Part shown: positions 25,173 to 35,899 of the stretch, one piece after another
Layout of the letters: every line of letters begins with the position of its first letter
Position numbering within the stretch: the stretch's first letter is position 1
Assembly: GCA_004764695.1 (NCBI GenBank)
Contig: SMSO01000037.1
Span: forward strand, 2,022,747-2,086,746
Reading direction: 5' to 3'
DNA length: 64,000 nt
From: Schizochytrium sp. TIO01
Lineage: Eukaryota > Protista > Bigyra: Labyrinthulomycetes
Position numbers and translations under genes: made by a program
The notes under the pieces: model-generated
Database searches by the model: none
What the model saw: the letters and a program-made list of their open reading frames with translations, nothing else
What the model was told of the DNA's origin: nothing

Positions 25173-25415
25173 TGTTTGTTTGTTTGTTTGTTTGTTTGTT
25201 TGTTTGTTTGTTTGTTTGTTTGTTTGTTTGTTTGTTTGTTTGTTTGTTTGTTTGTTTGTTTGTTTGTTTGTTTGTTTGTTTGTTTGTTTGTTTGTTTGTT
25301 TGTTTGTTTGTTTGTTTGTTTGTTTGTTTGTTTGTTTGTTTGTTTGTTTGTTTGTTTGTTTGTTTGTCTTTCTGTCAACTTTATTGTCGATTTGATAGGT
25401 AAAGCATTCTATCTA

Positions 25416-25451
<36 letters not shown>

Positions 25452-25474
25452 AATCAATCAATCAATCAATCAAT
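25173..25474. repeat. (GTTT)n ~195 bp followed by (TCTA)n>(TCAA)n
   Basis: Directly visible; source of the (FVCL)n and (QTNK)n ORFs. Confidence 0.97.
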
Positions 25475-25735
25475 CCAGGGAAGCCGAGACAGGAAGAACT
25501 TGTTGAAATTACATATCCACACTTGCCGATGAACGAAAGAACGCTAGGCTACTACCGCACGGACTTGAAGCTGGCTGATCAAGCCAGCCAGCCAGCCAGC
25601 TCAATCGATCTGCGATCAATATGCCCTGCCCCAGCTACAGGATAGACGGAAAGCGGCCAGCCACGACGGCTTGGAGATCCTGAGGAAGGAGGCTAACGAT
25701 GAAATCTAGCAATAATGATCAACTCTGGTAATTTA

Positions 25736-25803
25736 TTCATTCATTCATTCATTCATTCATTCATTCATTCATTCATTCATTCATTCATTCATTCATTCAT
25801 TCA
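25736..25803. repeat. (CATT)n microsatellite
   Basis: Directly visible. Confidence 0.95.
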
Positions 25804-26139
25804 CTTATTTTATTTTAATAATAATAATAATTATTATTATTTTTTCAGTTGATGAACTATTTTTTAAGCTCAAAGGAAGACTTGAAGACCTCTTTAACTT
25901 TGGTGACTACTATGAAAATAGAGAATCGCCAATAGACAAAAAGCGGTGGAGTAAAAGGAGACCAAAGGATGACTTGGGGAAAGTACTCTCTCTTAGGGAG
26001 ATGAGAGGAGATGAGAAGAGAAGAGAAGAGAAGAGAATGTTAGGAAAGTAAAAGAAAACCCACGAAAGAAAATCGAAAAGGCATGAATGAATGAAACCAA
26101 TGAGGAGAGAGAGACACGAGAAAGTAATACGTCAATGCA

Positions 26140-26960
26140 AGAGCTAGCGGCAGCATCGCAGCGCCGCCAGCAGCAGCAGCAGCAAGAGCAGCAGTAGCGG
26201 CGCAAGCCTGCCCTCATCGCGGTGCGCGGAAGCATCGCGGCGGCGAGGAAGAAGGACCAGTGAGCGCCTCGGCCTGCGCGGGCAGAAGCGGCCGCGGCAT
26301 TGGCTGAGAGAGACAACAGAAAGAGACAAAGAAAGAGACAAAGAAAGAAAAACTAGGCGGATAAAGGAGGAGGAGGCAGAAGCCGAAGGAGAGGCGCGGC
26401 GGCAGCAGCAGCGGCAGCGCGTCGCGAGGGCCGCGGCTGCACGCAGGGCGGCCCAAGAGGCTCCAGGTGACACAGCGGCCGGCTCGACCTGGCCTCGGAC
26501 CCGCGCTTTCCACCTCGAGGCATTCGCACATAGTTTTCGCCTCCAGCGGCGCCATCCACACCCACGTACTCACGCCCTCGCCGCGCCAAGGAGGCTAGCT
26601 AGCCAGCACAGCCAGCGGGCGGCGGCGCAACACGGGGCCCGACAAGGAGGCGAGACTCCGGCTGGCGGCGCGCGAGCATCTCCCAGCAGCCTCTCGCGTC
26701 ACAGGCCGCGGCAGCAGCAGCAGCAGCGGCGGCGGCGGCGGCGAGAGAGATAAAGGGAAGGAAGGCCTTGCTCGCCACAGCTTTATTAGCAGACAGTAAG
26801 AGTTGACTAGTCTAGAGGTCGCCTAGGCCGGCCTAGCGGAGCAAGCGGCAGCTCGCAGGCGCCAGGCAAGCGCGCAGCGGGGCAGAGCTTGCAGGCGGGA
26901 CCGCGGCGAGGAGCCGGGCGATCCCAGCCCGAGTTTGGCGAGGCAGACAGGAGCGCAGCT
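26140..26960 (+). promoter_or_regulatory. GC/CpG-rich island; candidate promoter or first non-coding exon of the Zn2Cys6 gene
   Basis: Sharp GC-rich segment with many CG dinucleotides and (GCA)/(GCG) runs, 1.1-1.9 kb upstream of the ATG and upstream of candidate UTR introns. Function is inferred only. Confidence 0.35.
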
Positions 26961-27350
26961 GGGAAAGACAGGCGGCAAGGAGCTCCATATCTCTCCCTTG
27001 TGCCCATTTTCCATTCTTTTTTCCCCTATTATTATCATTGTTATTATTATTGAAGCCTTCTTCGACGGATCGATCGATCGATCGAGAGCTGCTTGGGGCG
27101 CGCTCTGCGGCGGATCATCGAGGAGGAGTGGGGTAATAAGGCTCCGTTTGGGCTCCCAGGTACACGAGTCCACCGAAGACACAGGCAGCAGAAGGGCGCG
27201 ATCAGGATCGTCTTGAGGATCGAGCGACGATCATTTGAGACACAGAAAAAGAGGCCAAGAAAGAAAGAAAAACAGAAAGAACTTTTTCTTTCTTTCTTTT
27301 TTCTTTCTGGTAAAAGTTTCTTTTATTTCTTTTATCGCGCGAACAGAGAG

Positions 27351-27570
27351 GTAAGAAAGAAAAGAAAAAAGAGAAAAAAAGAAAGAAAAAACTTTCTCGG
27401 GAAGAAAAAAGGGTTTTCGCCCTTTTTTTTTTCTTTTCGGGTGTTTGTCTGTTTGGCAAAGCAGCACCGAGGTCTCTTCTCTTTTTTTCTTTTTCTTTTT
27501 CTTTTTCTTTTTCTTTTTCTTTTCTCTTCTTTTTCCCTTTTCTCGTTTCCTTTTTCTCGACGCTTGACAG
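27351..27570 (+). other. Candidate 5'-UTR intron of the Zn2Cys6 gene
   Basis: Donor GAG|GTAAGA at 27351, a long polypyrimidine tract at ~27470-27560 and acceptor TTGACAG| at 27570. Confidence 0.55.
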
Positions 27571-28053
27571 CATCAACAGCAAACTCCAAATCGAGGCATC
27601 GCCCGTTTGCTTTCTTGCTTGTCGGTCTCTGCGAGGGGCAGCGGCCACAGCAACGAAGCAGGACACTCGACGCCTGCACGCGCACGCACTCAGCTCAGCG
27701 CAGCCCAGCTCATCGCAGCGGCAGCAGCAGCAGCAGCTCGCGGGTCTCCTCCTCCTCCTCTTCTTGGCGCAGGCAGCTCGCTTGGCTTGCTTGCTTGCTT
27801 GCTGCTTCCTGTGTAGTCCATCCCCACAAGTACCGCAAGGAAGGGTGGAACGGAACGGAACAGAGGAAGCAGTGTGGAAAGAACACCTGCTGCGGAGGGA
27901 GAAGAAAGGGCGAACTTGGCCTTCGTTTGTGTATGCTATTGTCCTCTCTGGGCCTCTTTTGGCCGTGCCGGAGAGCACAGCAGCAAAGGCCCGGGCTCAA
28001 AGACAGCGATCCCCACGAGAGTGGGAAAGTATTGGTGAAACTTTGGTGAGACC

Positions 28054-31000
28054 ATGGGGAAGAACAACAGCAGCTCGACAGACCGCAGCGGAAGCAGCAG
28101 CGGCAAGTCCAAGAGCAGCATGGACAAGAGCAGAGGAAGCAGCAACAGCAGCGGGAGCGGGAGACAGCGACATGGGTCGCTAGACACTAGCAGCGTTGGA
28201 CAACACAGCTCGAGCCTGGCGTCTACGTCGGGCATGGGATCACAAGTTATTGAGGCACCACCGACGATGAAGAGGACGTGTGAGAATTGCACAAGGGTCA
28301 AGGTCAAATGTGAGGGATACCCCATCTGCAAACGATGTGAACGTAGAGGCATGGAGTGCGTATTTAGGGAACAGCATAAACGAGGTCGCAAACGCCAGCC
28401 AGAGTATTTTACACAGCCACCCATGCAGCCTTACCAGGTTGTTAGTGGAGGCCAGACCTACCTTTTCAGGCCAGGTCAACAGCAACAGCCACAACAACAA
28501 CAGCCACAACAACAACAACAGCAACAACAACAGCCAAACGCGTACCTCTCACCAATGCAACCAGGCGGTGCACCCATGCTCCCAAATTTCGCAAACATGG
28601 CCTATTTTAACGGTGACATGCCGCAGCAACAACAACAACAGCAGCAGCAGCCCATGATGCAAGGCTTTCCGCAACAACCCATGAATATGGCCGCTGCCTT
28701 TGGTGGCGTCAACAACGCAGCAAACTCATCCAGCAACGTTCAACAGCAACAGGCTTCAGGCGCCGACCAGCAGTCACCCTTTATCTTGCCACCACAACGC
28801 CAGCAAACACAGCAACAACAGCCCAACAACAACATTATGAATTTTGGCAATCCATCGGGCAACACACAAACTGGCGCTGCGGACAGACAAGATAGACAAA
28901 ACCACGCAAGCGCATCCACCTCTTCATCAAACGCAATGTCATTGTCTAACAACAATAACACCAGCAACAACGGCAACAACAACAACAACAACAACAATAT
29001 TAATCCCTTCCTCGGCATGCAGCTGCCCCCAAACATGATGGCGTCGAATAACAATAGCAACAACAACAACAACAACACTGGCACGAACAACGATACCAAC
29101 AATAGTAATAACATCAGCAACGGCAATGCCAACATGTGGATGAATAAGACACCTGACGCCCTTGGCACCGCACCGATGCTCCAAGTGCTTCTCCAGCAAC
29201 AACAACAACAGCAGGGACAACATCCTCAACAGAACATGGGAAACCAATTCCAGCAGCTCCCGTTCCTTAATCAGGCACAGACGCAGCCACCAAACCCCAT
29301 GATGATGATGTGGATGCCTCAGCAACAACAGCAATTGCACCAGCAACTGCCTCCTCAGGTGATGCCCATGAACTCAATGAACCTCATGAACTCAATGGGC
29401 ATGCCTGCTGCTATGGCACAACAAACCTCTTCAAATCAGCAGTTTCTCGCTGGGTTGCAAACCCAAGCACCCAAACCACCCAGTAACGAAATTCACCAAG
29501 CCACTCCATCCCCATCGGAAACTAGAAAGCAGCGCTCGCCAACCGAAAAAACAACTTCGTCTCGCAAGCGTGCTCGCGAAACATCATCATCCGCCGCGAG
29601 GTCCCACCATCACAAACACCACCACCACTACCATGGGCATAATTCAAGCCAGTACCGCCGGCAGCGTGACAGCGGTGGCAGCAGTGGAAGTGAAGAGGAA
29701 TCTGAACGTCAGAATACTCGTCCTGAGAAGCGCCCTAAGCCACCCACTGTCTCACTCGCGAACGAGTCTCCATCAAGTGAGGAACGTGTTTCTTCACTCA
29801 CCGATCCCTTGCGTCGCATTCTCGTCGTCTTTTTTCGCCTCCTTGGACCACAAATGCAGGACCGCTATTTCCGCATCCTCTCGCAGCCCAAAGGTAAAAA
29901 CAAGATGCCTCGCTTCGTCTCCATGGAGAACTCGAGATCCAACAAGGCTATTCGCTTCTTCTTCTCAACCCTCATTCGTTTCTTCAACGCAAAGGGTGAC
30001 ACGCTGTCGGAAAGTGTAGCACGTAAATGGGCAGATAAACTGCAGTACAATTTCACTTCGCGCGACCCATGCTCTCGTCTAGGTACAGCCCTTGCCCGCG
30101 AGGACCCTGCAAGTGGAGAAATGTATGTCGGCCCTCGTGTGTCTAGACCTTATCAATCCTCTGGCACTGGAAGTTCCAGGCCTTCAGAGGACGAAGCTGT
30201 TCCTTTCACATCTGCTGCTGGATCCGGCTCTGGACCAGGCTCAGGAGAATCAAGCGGCAGCTTCAGTGGAAGTGTAGAAGGTGTAAGCTCGAATAGCGGC
30301 GGGGAAAACCAAACAGGCTCGGATCGCGATTCGGGATCAAACTCGAACTCGAACGAACTTCGCAGAGACATGTCCCCATCTCAACGCAGCTCAAGCCCGC
30401 CCGGGACCCCAATGGAAATCGAGGAGCGCTACTTTCGCCTTAAGGAAACCAACATGTCATCGGGACTTGCTTGGCTTCTCGGCAATGGGGACGAGAGCTT
30501 GGAGAATACACGCACCCCTCTTGTCAAGATCGCTTGTCTCTGGCGCCACAACAAGAACTTACAAGGCAGCTCTCCATACGTTAGCTTCGTGGACATGAAT
30601 TCAACTATGAAGTCCATTCTTGGCGCGCGATCGCCAAAACAGCTTTTACCGTTTCGCGGCTTTTGCGATGGACTTCTGCCATATGGCCTTGATCCTTTCG
30701 TAGAGATGCTTGTCAGCCCCGAAGAGGTCACGCGATATGTGCAAATGCTCAGCAGCAAAATTGAACACGCAGTTATGCGCCTTCGTCGTCCTTCAAGCCA
30801 TCACGGTGAACAAAGTGGTTCTGGGGGCAGCTCCGGGGGCAGCTCTGGCGGAGTTCTCGGTAGCTCTGGTAGCAACTCCAACAACCAGAGTGGCAGCAAT
30901 TCTGGCAGTGGTAACGATACCGCTGCCTTGGTGAGTGCAGACTATTCCTCAAGCTCGAGCTCTCACAGTGGCCTTGGCGGGTCTGCTGGAAACGGCAGTG

Positions 31001-31662
31001 GAGCAAGTGATGGCAACGATCGCTCTAATAAGGAGACCGAAGCTGGATCTCATTCTCGCCACCACCACATGCATCACCGAGCAGGCATGACAACCACGAG
31101 CAATGGAGATGGAAATGAAGACAGTTCCGCCAACAAAATGAGCTCTGGCAGCACTGGCAGTGGCACGGAGTCCGCAGCTGGATCCGGCCATGGCAAGTCT
31201 ATCAATGGCTCGGAAGAGGGCAATGGGGCTAAACGTAGCACAAAGGCTATTCTTGAGGCTACCAAACAAGCTCGTGCAGAACACCAGGACTCTGCAAACA
31301 AGACAGAGCCTCGCAAGAGACTCTCTGTGGAGATGTTGTCCACTGATATGCTTCATGTTATTGTTGAGGAAAACGGTTGCCGTGTTCCTCGCCTCTGCCG
31401 TGTCAGCACGCTTTTGCGGGTCACACAGGTTTCCATCTCTGGGGATGACTTGCAAATCAAAATGCGGGCTGGTAAGGATTTTCTCCTTGAGTCCGTCGTT
31501 ACCCTCAAGAAGCTCGAAGTCCAAAACCGCGACGACTCTTCGGTTGGTCTTCTTGAAAAGTCGGCTGCCTCTTCGCTCCATAAACTTCCCTCAAACCGTG
31601 ATGTCAAGCAGGATCATGTTTGGCTTGACGAGATGATGCGCTTATTACTCCGTCCTTTGTAA
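28054..31662 (+). CDS. Zn(II)2Cys6 (GAL4-type) binuclear cluster transcription factor, 1202 aa, with polyQ/polyN region
   Basis: CENCTRVKVKCEGYPICKRCERRGMEC matches C-x2-C-x6-C-x5-C-x2-C-x6-C, followed by basic HKRGRKR. Single uninterrupted ORF. Confidence 0.93.
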   Translation: MGKNNSSSTDRSGSSSGKSKSSMDKSRGSSNSSGSGRQRHGSLDTSSVGQHSSSLASTSGMGSQVIEAPPTMKRTCENCTRVKVKCEGYPICKRCERRGMECVFREQHKRGRKRQPEYFTQPPMQPYQVVSGGQTYLFRPGQQQQPQQQQPQQQQQQQQQPNAYLSPMQPGGAPMLPNFANMAYFNGDMPQQQQQQQQQPMMQGFPQQPMNMAAAFGGVNNAANSSSNVQQQQASGADQQSPFILPPQRQQTQQQQPNNNIMNFGNPSGNTQTGAADRQDRQNHASASTSSSNAMSLSNNNNTSNNGNNNNNNNNINPFLGMQLPPNMMASNNNSNNNNNNTGTNNDTNNSNNISNGNANMWMNKTPDALGTAPMLQVLLQQQQQQQGQHPQQNMGNQFQQLPFLNQAQTQPPNPMMMMWMPQQQQQLHQQLPPQVMPMNSMNLMNSMGMPAAMAQQTSSNQQFLAGLQTQAPKPPSNEIHQATPSPSETRKQRSPTEKTTSSRKRARETSSSAARSHHHKHHHHYHGHNSSQYRRQRDSGGSSGSEEESERQNTRPEKRPKPPTVSLANESPSSEERVSSLTDPLRRILVVFFRLLGPQMQDRYFRILSQPKGKNKMPRFVSMENSRSNKAIRFFFSTLIRFFNAKGDTLSESVARKWADKLQYNFTSRDPCSRLGTALAREDPASGEMYVGPRVSRPYQSSGTGSSRPSEDEAVPFTSAAGSGSGPGSGESSGSFSGSVEGVSSNSGGENQTGSDRDSGSNSNSNELRRDMSPSQRSSSPPGTPMEIEERYFRLKETNMSSGLAWLLGNGDESLENTRTPLVKIACLWRHNKNLQGSSPYVSFVDMNSTMKSILGARSPKQLLPFRGFCDGLLPYGLDPFVEMLVSPEEVTRYVQMLSSKIEHAVMRLRRPSSHHGEQSGSGGSSGGSSGGVLGSSGSNSNNQSGSNSGSGNDTAALVSADYSSSSSSHSGLGGSAGNGSGASDGNDRSNKETEAGSHSRHHHMHHRAGMTTTSNGDGNEDSSANKMSSGSTGSGTESAAGSGHGKSINGSEEGNGAKRSTKAILEATKQARAEHQDSANKTEPRKRLSVEMLSTDMLHVIVEENGCRVPRLCRVSTLLRVTQVSISGDDLQIKMRAGKDFLLESVVTLKKLEVQNRDDSSVGLLEKSAASSLHKLPSNRDVKQDHVWLDEMMRLLLRPL

Positions 31663-34165
31663 AAGTACCAAAGTTTCAATCACTACACTTTACATTATGT
31701 TTCTCTTTATGTGTCTAATATGAGTTCCGGCTGAAAGAAAGCTTCATATCCCGAGGGACAAGCCTTCAAGGTTTTCCATGCTTTGGTTTCATGCGCCTCC
31801 AATAATATCTTATTGCTTTGAGAACTTCAATGCTCATTTTCTGATGCAGCAGTCAACCTATGTCCACCTGACCTCCCACTTTTGTTACTGCATGTGTTCA
31901 TGCAAGTGATATCACATACGATACCATCATTATGCAGATTCTTCGGAGTGACAAATTGCTCTCGAAATATCCTGGGTTGACCCTGGAAAGAGATGTTTGG
32001 GCATGTCTTTCTTTTCTTTTTGTAAAGATTTTGCTGTTGTGCTAAAAGCCGGGTGAACAAACCTTCTTAGCATATCGGCGATCGTCTGCAAACCAATTTT
32101 GATAGTAACTCTTCAGCTAGCCTGATACAATCTAATTTACGCTCCTCCTTCTATTCATATCCAAATTCTTTGGTTTTTACTATAAACAAAACATAAATTA
32201 AGATTCAGTCTAGCATCTATTACCGTGCTCTTGCCTTGATTATTTTGCACAGCTATATTACTTTGATGAAAACCGAAACGCGTTATTGGACATGCCTGGA
32301 GTAAAGTACGCTTTGATTGTTTCAATTTTTCTGTAACGGCAACTAATCTCGATATGCCGTCTGTTATACTCTTTCTTCTTTGTTAATCACTGATAATTTC
32401 CCACATTCATTCATCGCATGATTCATTGCTTGTGACAGATAGCTAGTTATATAGGTTCATTTTCTGTTTTTGTTGCAAGATAAAGATTCAAGACTGTTTC
32501 ATGAAAAACTTGTTCCTTGTTCAGTTGCAAGAGCAATGAACTTAGCTGAATTCCCTCCAAAACTAGTTACGTGTACACCTGTAGCCTGTGTAATTGAATA
32601 AATTAAACATAAACCGGCTTCCAAAGAATTAAGTTAATCATTTGAAATACAGCCATCCATTAAAGTCCCACGCTGAGGTGTCTTCAGATTAAAGCTAATC
32701 AATAAAACGTTCAGTTGCTAAAACTCCAATTATCTGAAAATTGAAACTTTTCGAGATAGAGACGCCAGCGAGCACATTTGCCTTTCGTCATAGTTGCATT
32801 AATCGATTCCTTTGAAAATCGGCTTGTTCTTTTGTTGTGGATAGGTATTTGTTCTGAACAATTTTCAGTGTTATCGTTACGGTGCTGTATACCCAAGGAT
32901 AAATAATAAAGAGTGTTGTGTGAATGATCAATTCCCAAAGTTGAAGTTCACTCTCAAATCTCTTGAACCTAATCGTGGTGTATGTCGCTTTCCAAGGACA
33001 ACTCACTCTCGTCCTCGTGAGTCGATCCTGGCATAGGTACCTGTGTCTTTGTCACAGCAAAAAGTACAGTATTCATCAGAAGCTCTGAGAGCAAAGCAAA
33101 GATAAAAACACAGGACAGCTCTGCTGAAAGGTGATACTGATTAGCTTGAGGTTGACTGTGAAGATGAAAGCATAAGGCTTGATGAAGGCTTTAAGAAGGT
33201 TGATTTATGAGTTAGCGAACTGCTGTCCTGGAGAATGGATTCCAGGGCAGATGGATTCATGTAGTAATTAGGGAGATTAAGACATTCTTGAAAGTAGTTA
33301 GAGATAATCGATAGGTTTAAGTTAATTCAACTTCTCCAACCATCGATTCGAGTTACACCATGCTTGGATGTAGGTAATGTGCATTCACGCTTCAAGTTCT
33401 TGGCTCTGGCAGCCACATGAGCCTGGCTGCTTATTCTTGCTCCATTGTAAACCTTATATCTAATGGGGTTTACAAAGGGACACCAAGAACTCTAGCAATG
33501 TCTTGTCCACTAGTTCCTTCGGTTGGTCAGGAAGCTCGTAGAATATGTTAGGTGTGCGTGCGTAAATGTACAGAGATAACTTAGTAACAATAACGGGGCC
33601 AGGGAGGCAGGTGTTACATTTTCCTTCCCGATGCAAGCACGATGAAATATTTATTTATTTTTTCACGGAGAGGAAAAATAGACGTAGCATTGAATAAAGA
33701 GACACTATTCAAGGTCAAACGAAGACTAAATCCATCTAGCTTATTTGTAGTAGAAATTATCAAGACTTTGCTTGGTTGAGGGAAGCTAATGTTTGGCGGG
33801 ATGACAAGGCTGACATAGTAACGATGTAATGTTTACTTGCTTTCTATGGTGGCTAGGTGAGGTTGACTCAGGGTTTTACTGATGAAAGACCTTTTTGATT
33901 CCGAGTTGCAGGAATGAACGACAGTGCATTCCCAAAGTTACGTTATTTCGTGATGCTTTTTTTTCCTTCAAGGGAATGCGAAAGCGCATTCTTGCTGCTT
34001 GACGATTTCCTACCGACAACAACTACTACTATCGCTTCGCCACGTGAAACACGTACAAGTGGTTTTTGCGTCTGCATGGCGTAACCTGGGAGATGTAGAG
34101 AAGATTTAATGGAGAGAAAAATAGGGAGTGGAACCAACGAGGTGCATAAGACGAAAGACGCTTAC

Positions 34166-34978
34166 TTATTGCTGGGCAACAACCTGTTCATCAGCAGGAA
34201 GCTCGTCAGCAGGCTTAGGCTCAGGGAGCTCCTGGTTCATGAGCTCGTCAAGGGCACGGTACATCTTGTCGTAGACGTCACCCTTGAGAGGCTCCTCATT
34301 TTCGAAGATTTCCTTGGCAGTGATAGGGCGGCCGTACTCGTTCTGGTTGGCTGAGCTGTTGGGCATGACGCCACCAAACTCAAGTGAGACACCACCGTAG
34401 AGTCCCTTGCTGCTGGCAAACACAATGATGCCCTCTGTAGATTTGGTGGTGACAAGAGCCTCAGCCTCGCGGCCAAGAGGTCCGGCGGTCAAGCTACCGT
34501 TCAGGCCGACAGTACCAACGTTGGAAACGAAGCCCTCAAGAGCAGGCTCCGTCTTAAAGAAGATGATAAAGTCAGTCATACCGATACCAATAGACGCACC
34601 AAGGGCCCTGTGAATCGATAGACAAATTGCGCACATAGATAAAAGAAGAATTGCGAAGAAATTGTCAGTACATCTTCTATAGTAACACTGAGATTTGGTT
34701 GTTCAACACGGCCGTATAAAGCGCGTGAGAGCCAAAAGACAAACTTACGGTCCAAGCATGTTTACAGCAACGGGGGCACTGAAGGTTCCATCGGGGCGCT
34801 TCTTCATGACGATACCCTCACCACCACGAACGGTGACGATGCATCCAGCACGGTACATGCGAAGGAAAGCAACACCGACGCACTCCTTAATCTGGCGTAC
34901 AACCTCGTATTGCTCCATCTCCTTAGGAGCATCGAGGATCATCTCCGGCACATAGGAAGCTGCGGTGCGGATAGACAT
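34166..34978 (-). CDS. SYLF/Ysc84 (YAB) domain protein, SH3YL1-like without SH3, 2 exons: 34978-34749, 34607-34166; 223 aa
   Basis: Motifs RAGCIVTVRGGEGIV, GTFSAPVA, LGASIG..TDFII, AGPLGREAE, SKGLYGGVSLE, ANQNEYG. Intron CC|GTAAG…CACAG|G restores the frame. Confidence 0.9.
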
Positions 34979-35899
34979 GGTTCTTTTTAATATTAAAAGA
35001 CTCTAACAAAATTGAGGATCAACTTGTATCTACGAAGTCGAAGCAGAAAAATATTTGAGCATGATTTTGGCCCGGCGTTAAACGAAAAGCACACAAAGAT
35101 CAAAAGTCCCATCCACAATACCAAGTCAGTTTCCGTTATACTTCAAAGCTCTCCCATTTGTCCAAATAGAAGACGTAAAACTACAATCCAAAAGAATATT
35201 CAAGCCTCCCTCTTGCAACAATTAATTGCTAACTCTTGTGAGATTATGAAAATGTCAAAGGGTGAACATTCCAGGCGTTGATTGTTGCTGGTTTTATCTC
35301 TTTCTAACATCTAATGATTCTCACGTTTGTCATTGGCAATGTCAAGTCACGCAAGACCTCGCATAGGTGCAACAGCAAAACGAATCTCAAGTTCATGGGC
35401 TCATACACAAGACCAACCAAGTAGTGTGGAACTCCTCCCCCCTGAGGCTCCATTTGAACCTTCGTGTCTCTCTACAAATGCAGATCAAGTCCTCTTCGAG
35501 GAACCACAGTGCGGTGGTCTCAACAGAGCCCACAGGGCCAGAGGTATCTTCGCACGAAAGGGCTCAAGGCTGCCGCGTCTGCATTTCCTCAGTGAGACGC
35601 TCGAGCTAGATAGATTCGATTCGATTTGTCCAAGAATCGCATCAACGCGGAGTGCGGCACTCGTGGAGGGAGGGAGTGAGGCCCAGGCGGAGGAAGGCAG
35701 GTCTTGCTTGCAGCGATGCCATAGACGCTTGCTTCCCTGAAAGAAAGTCAGCCCACCGCAAAGCGCAGCGGGCGTAGATGTGCACGGAGACGTACCTGGC
35801 GGAGTCTGCAATAGATCGATGGCGAACTGCCGAGAGAGAGGAGCCTAAGAAGGAAAGAGACGGCGAACCTCTGAGGATCGAAAGGAAAAGAAGCGAGAA

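Noticed and set aside
25993-28049. Cluster of 100-318 aa ORFs on both strands upstream of the TF
   Set aside because: GC-rich and purine/pyrimidine low-complexity DNA depleted of stops; better explained as promoter/5'UTR.
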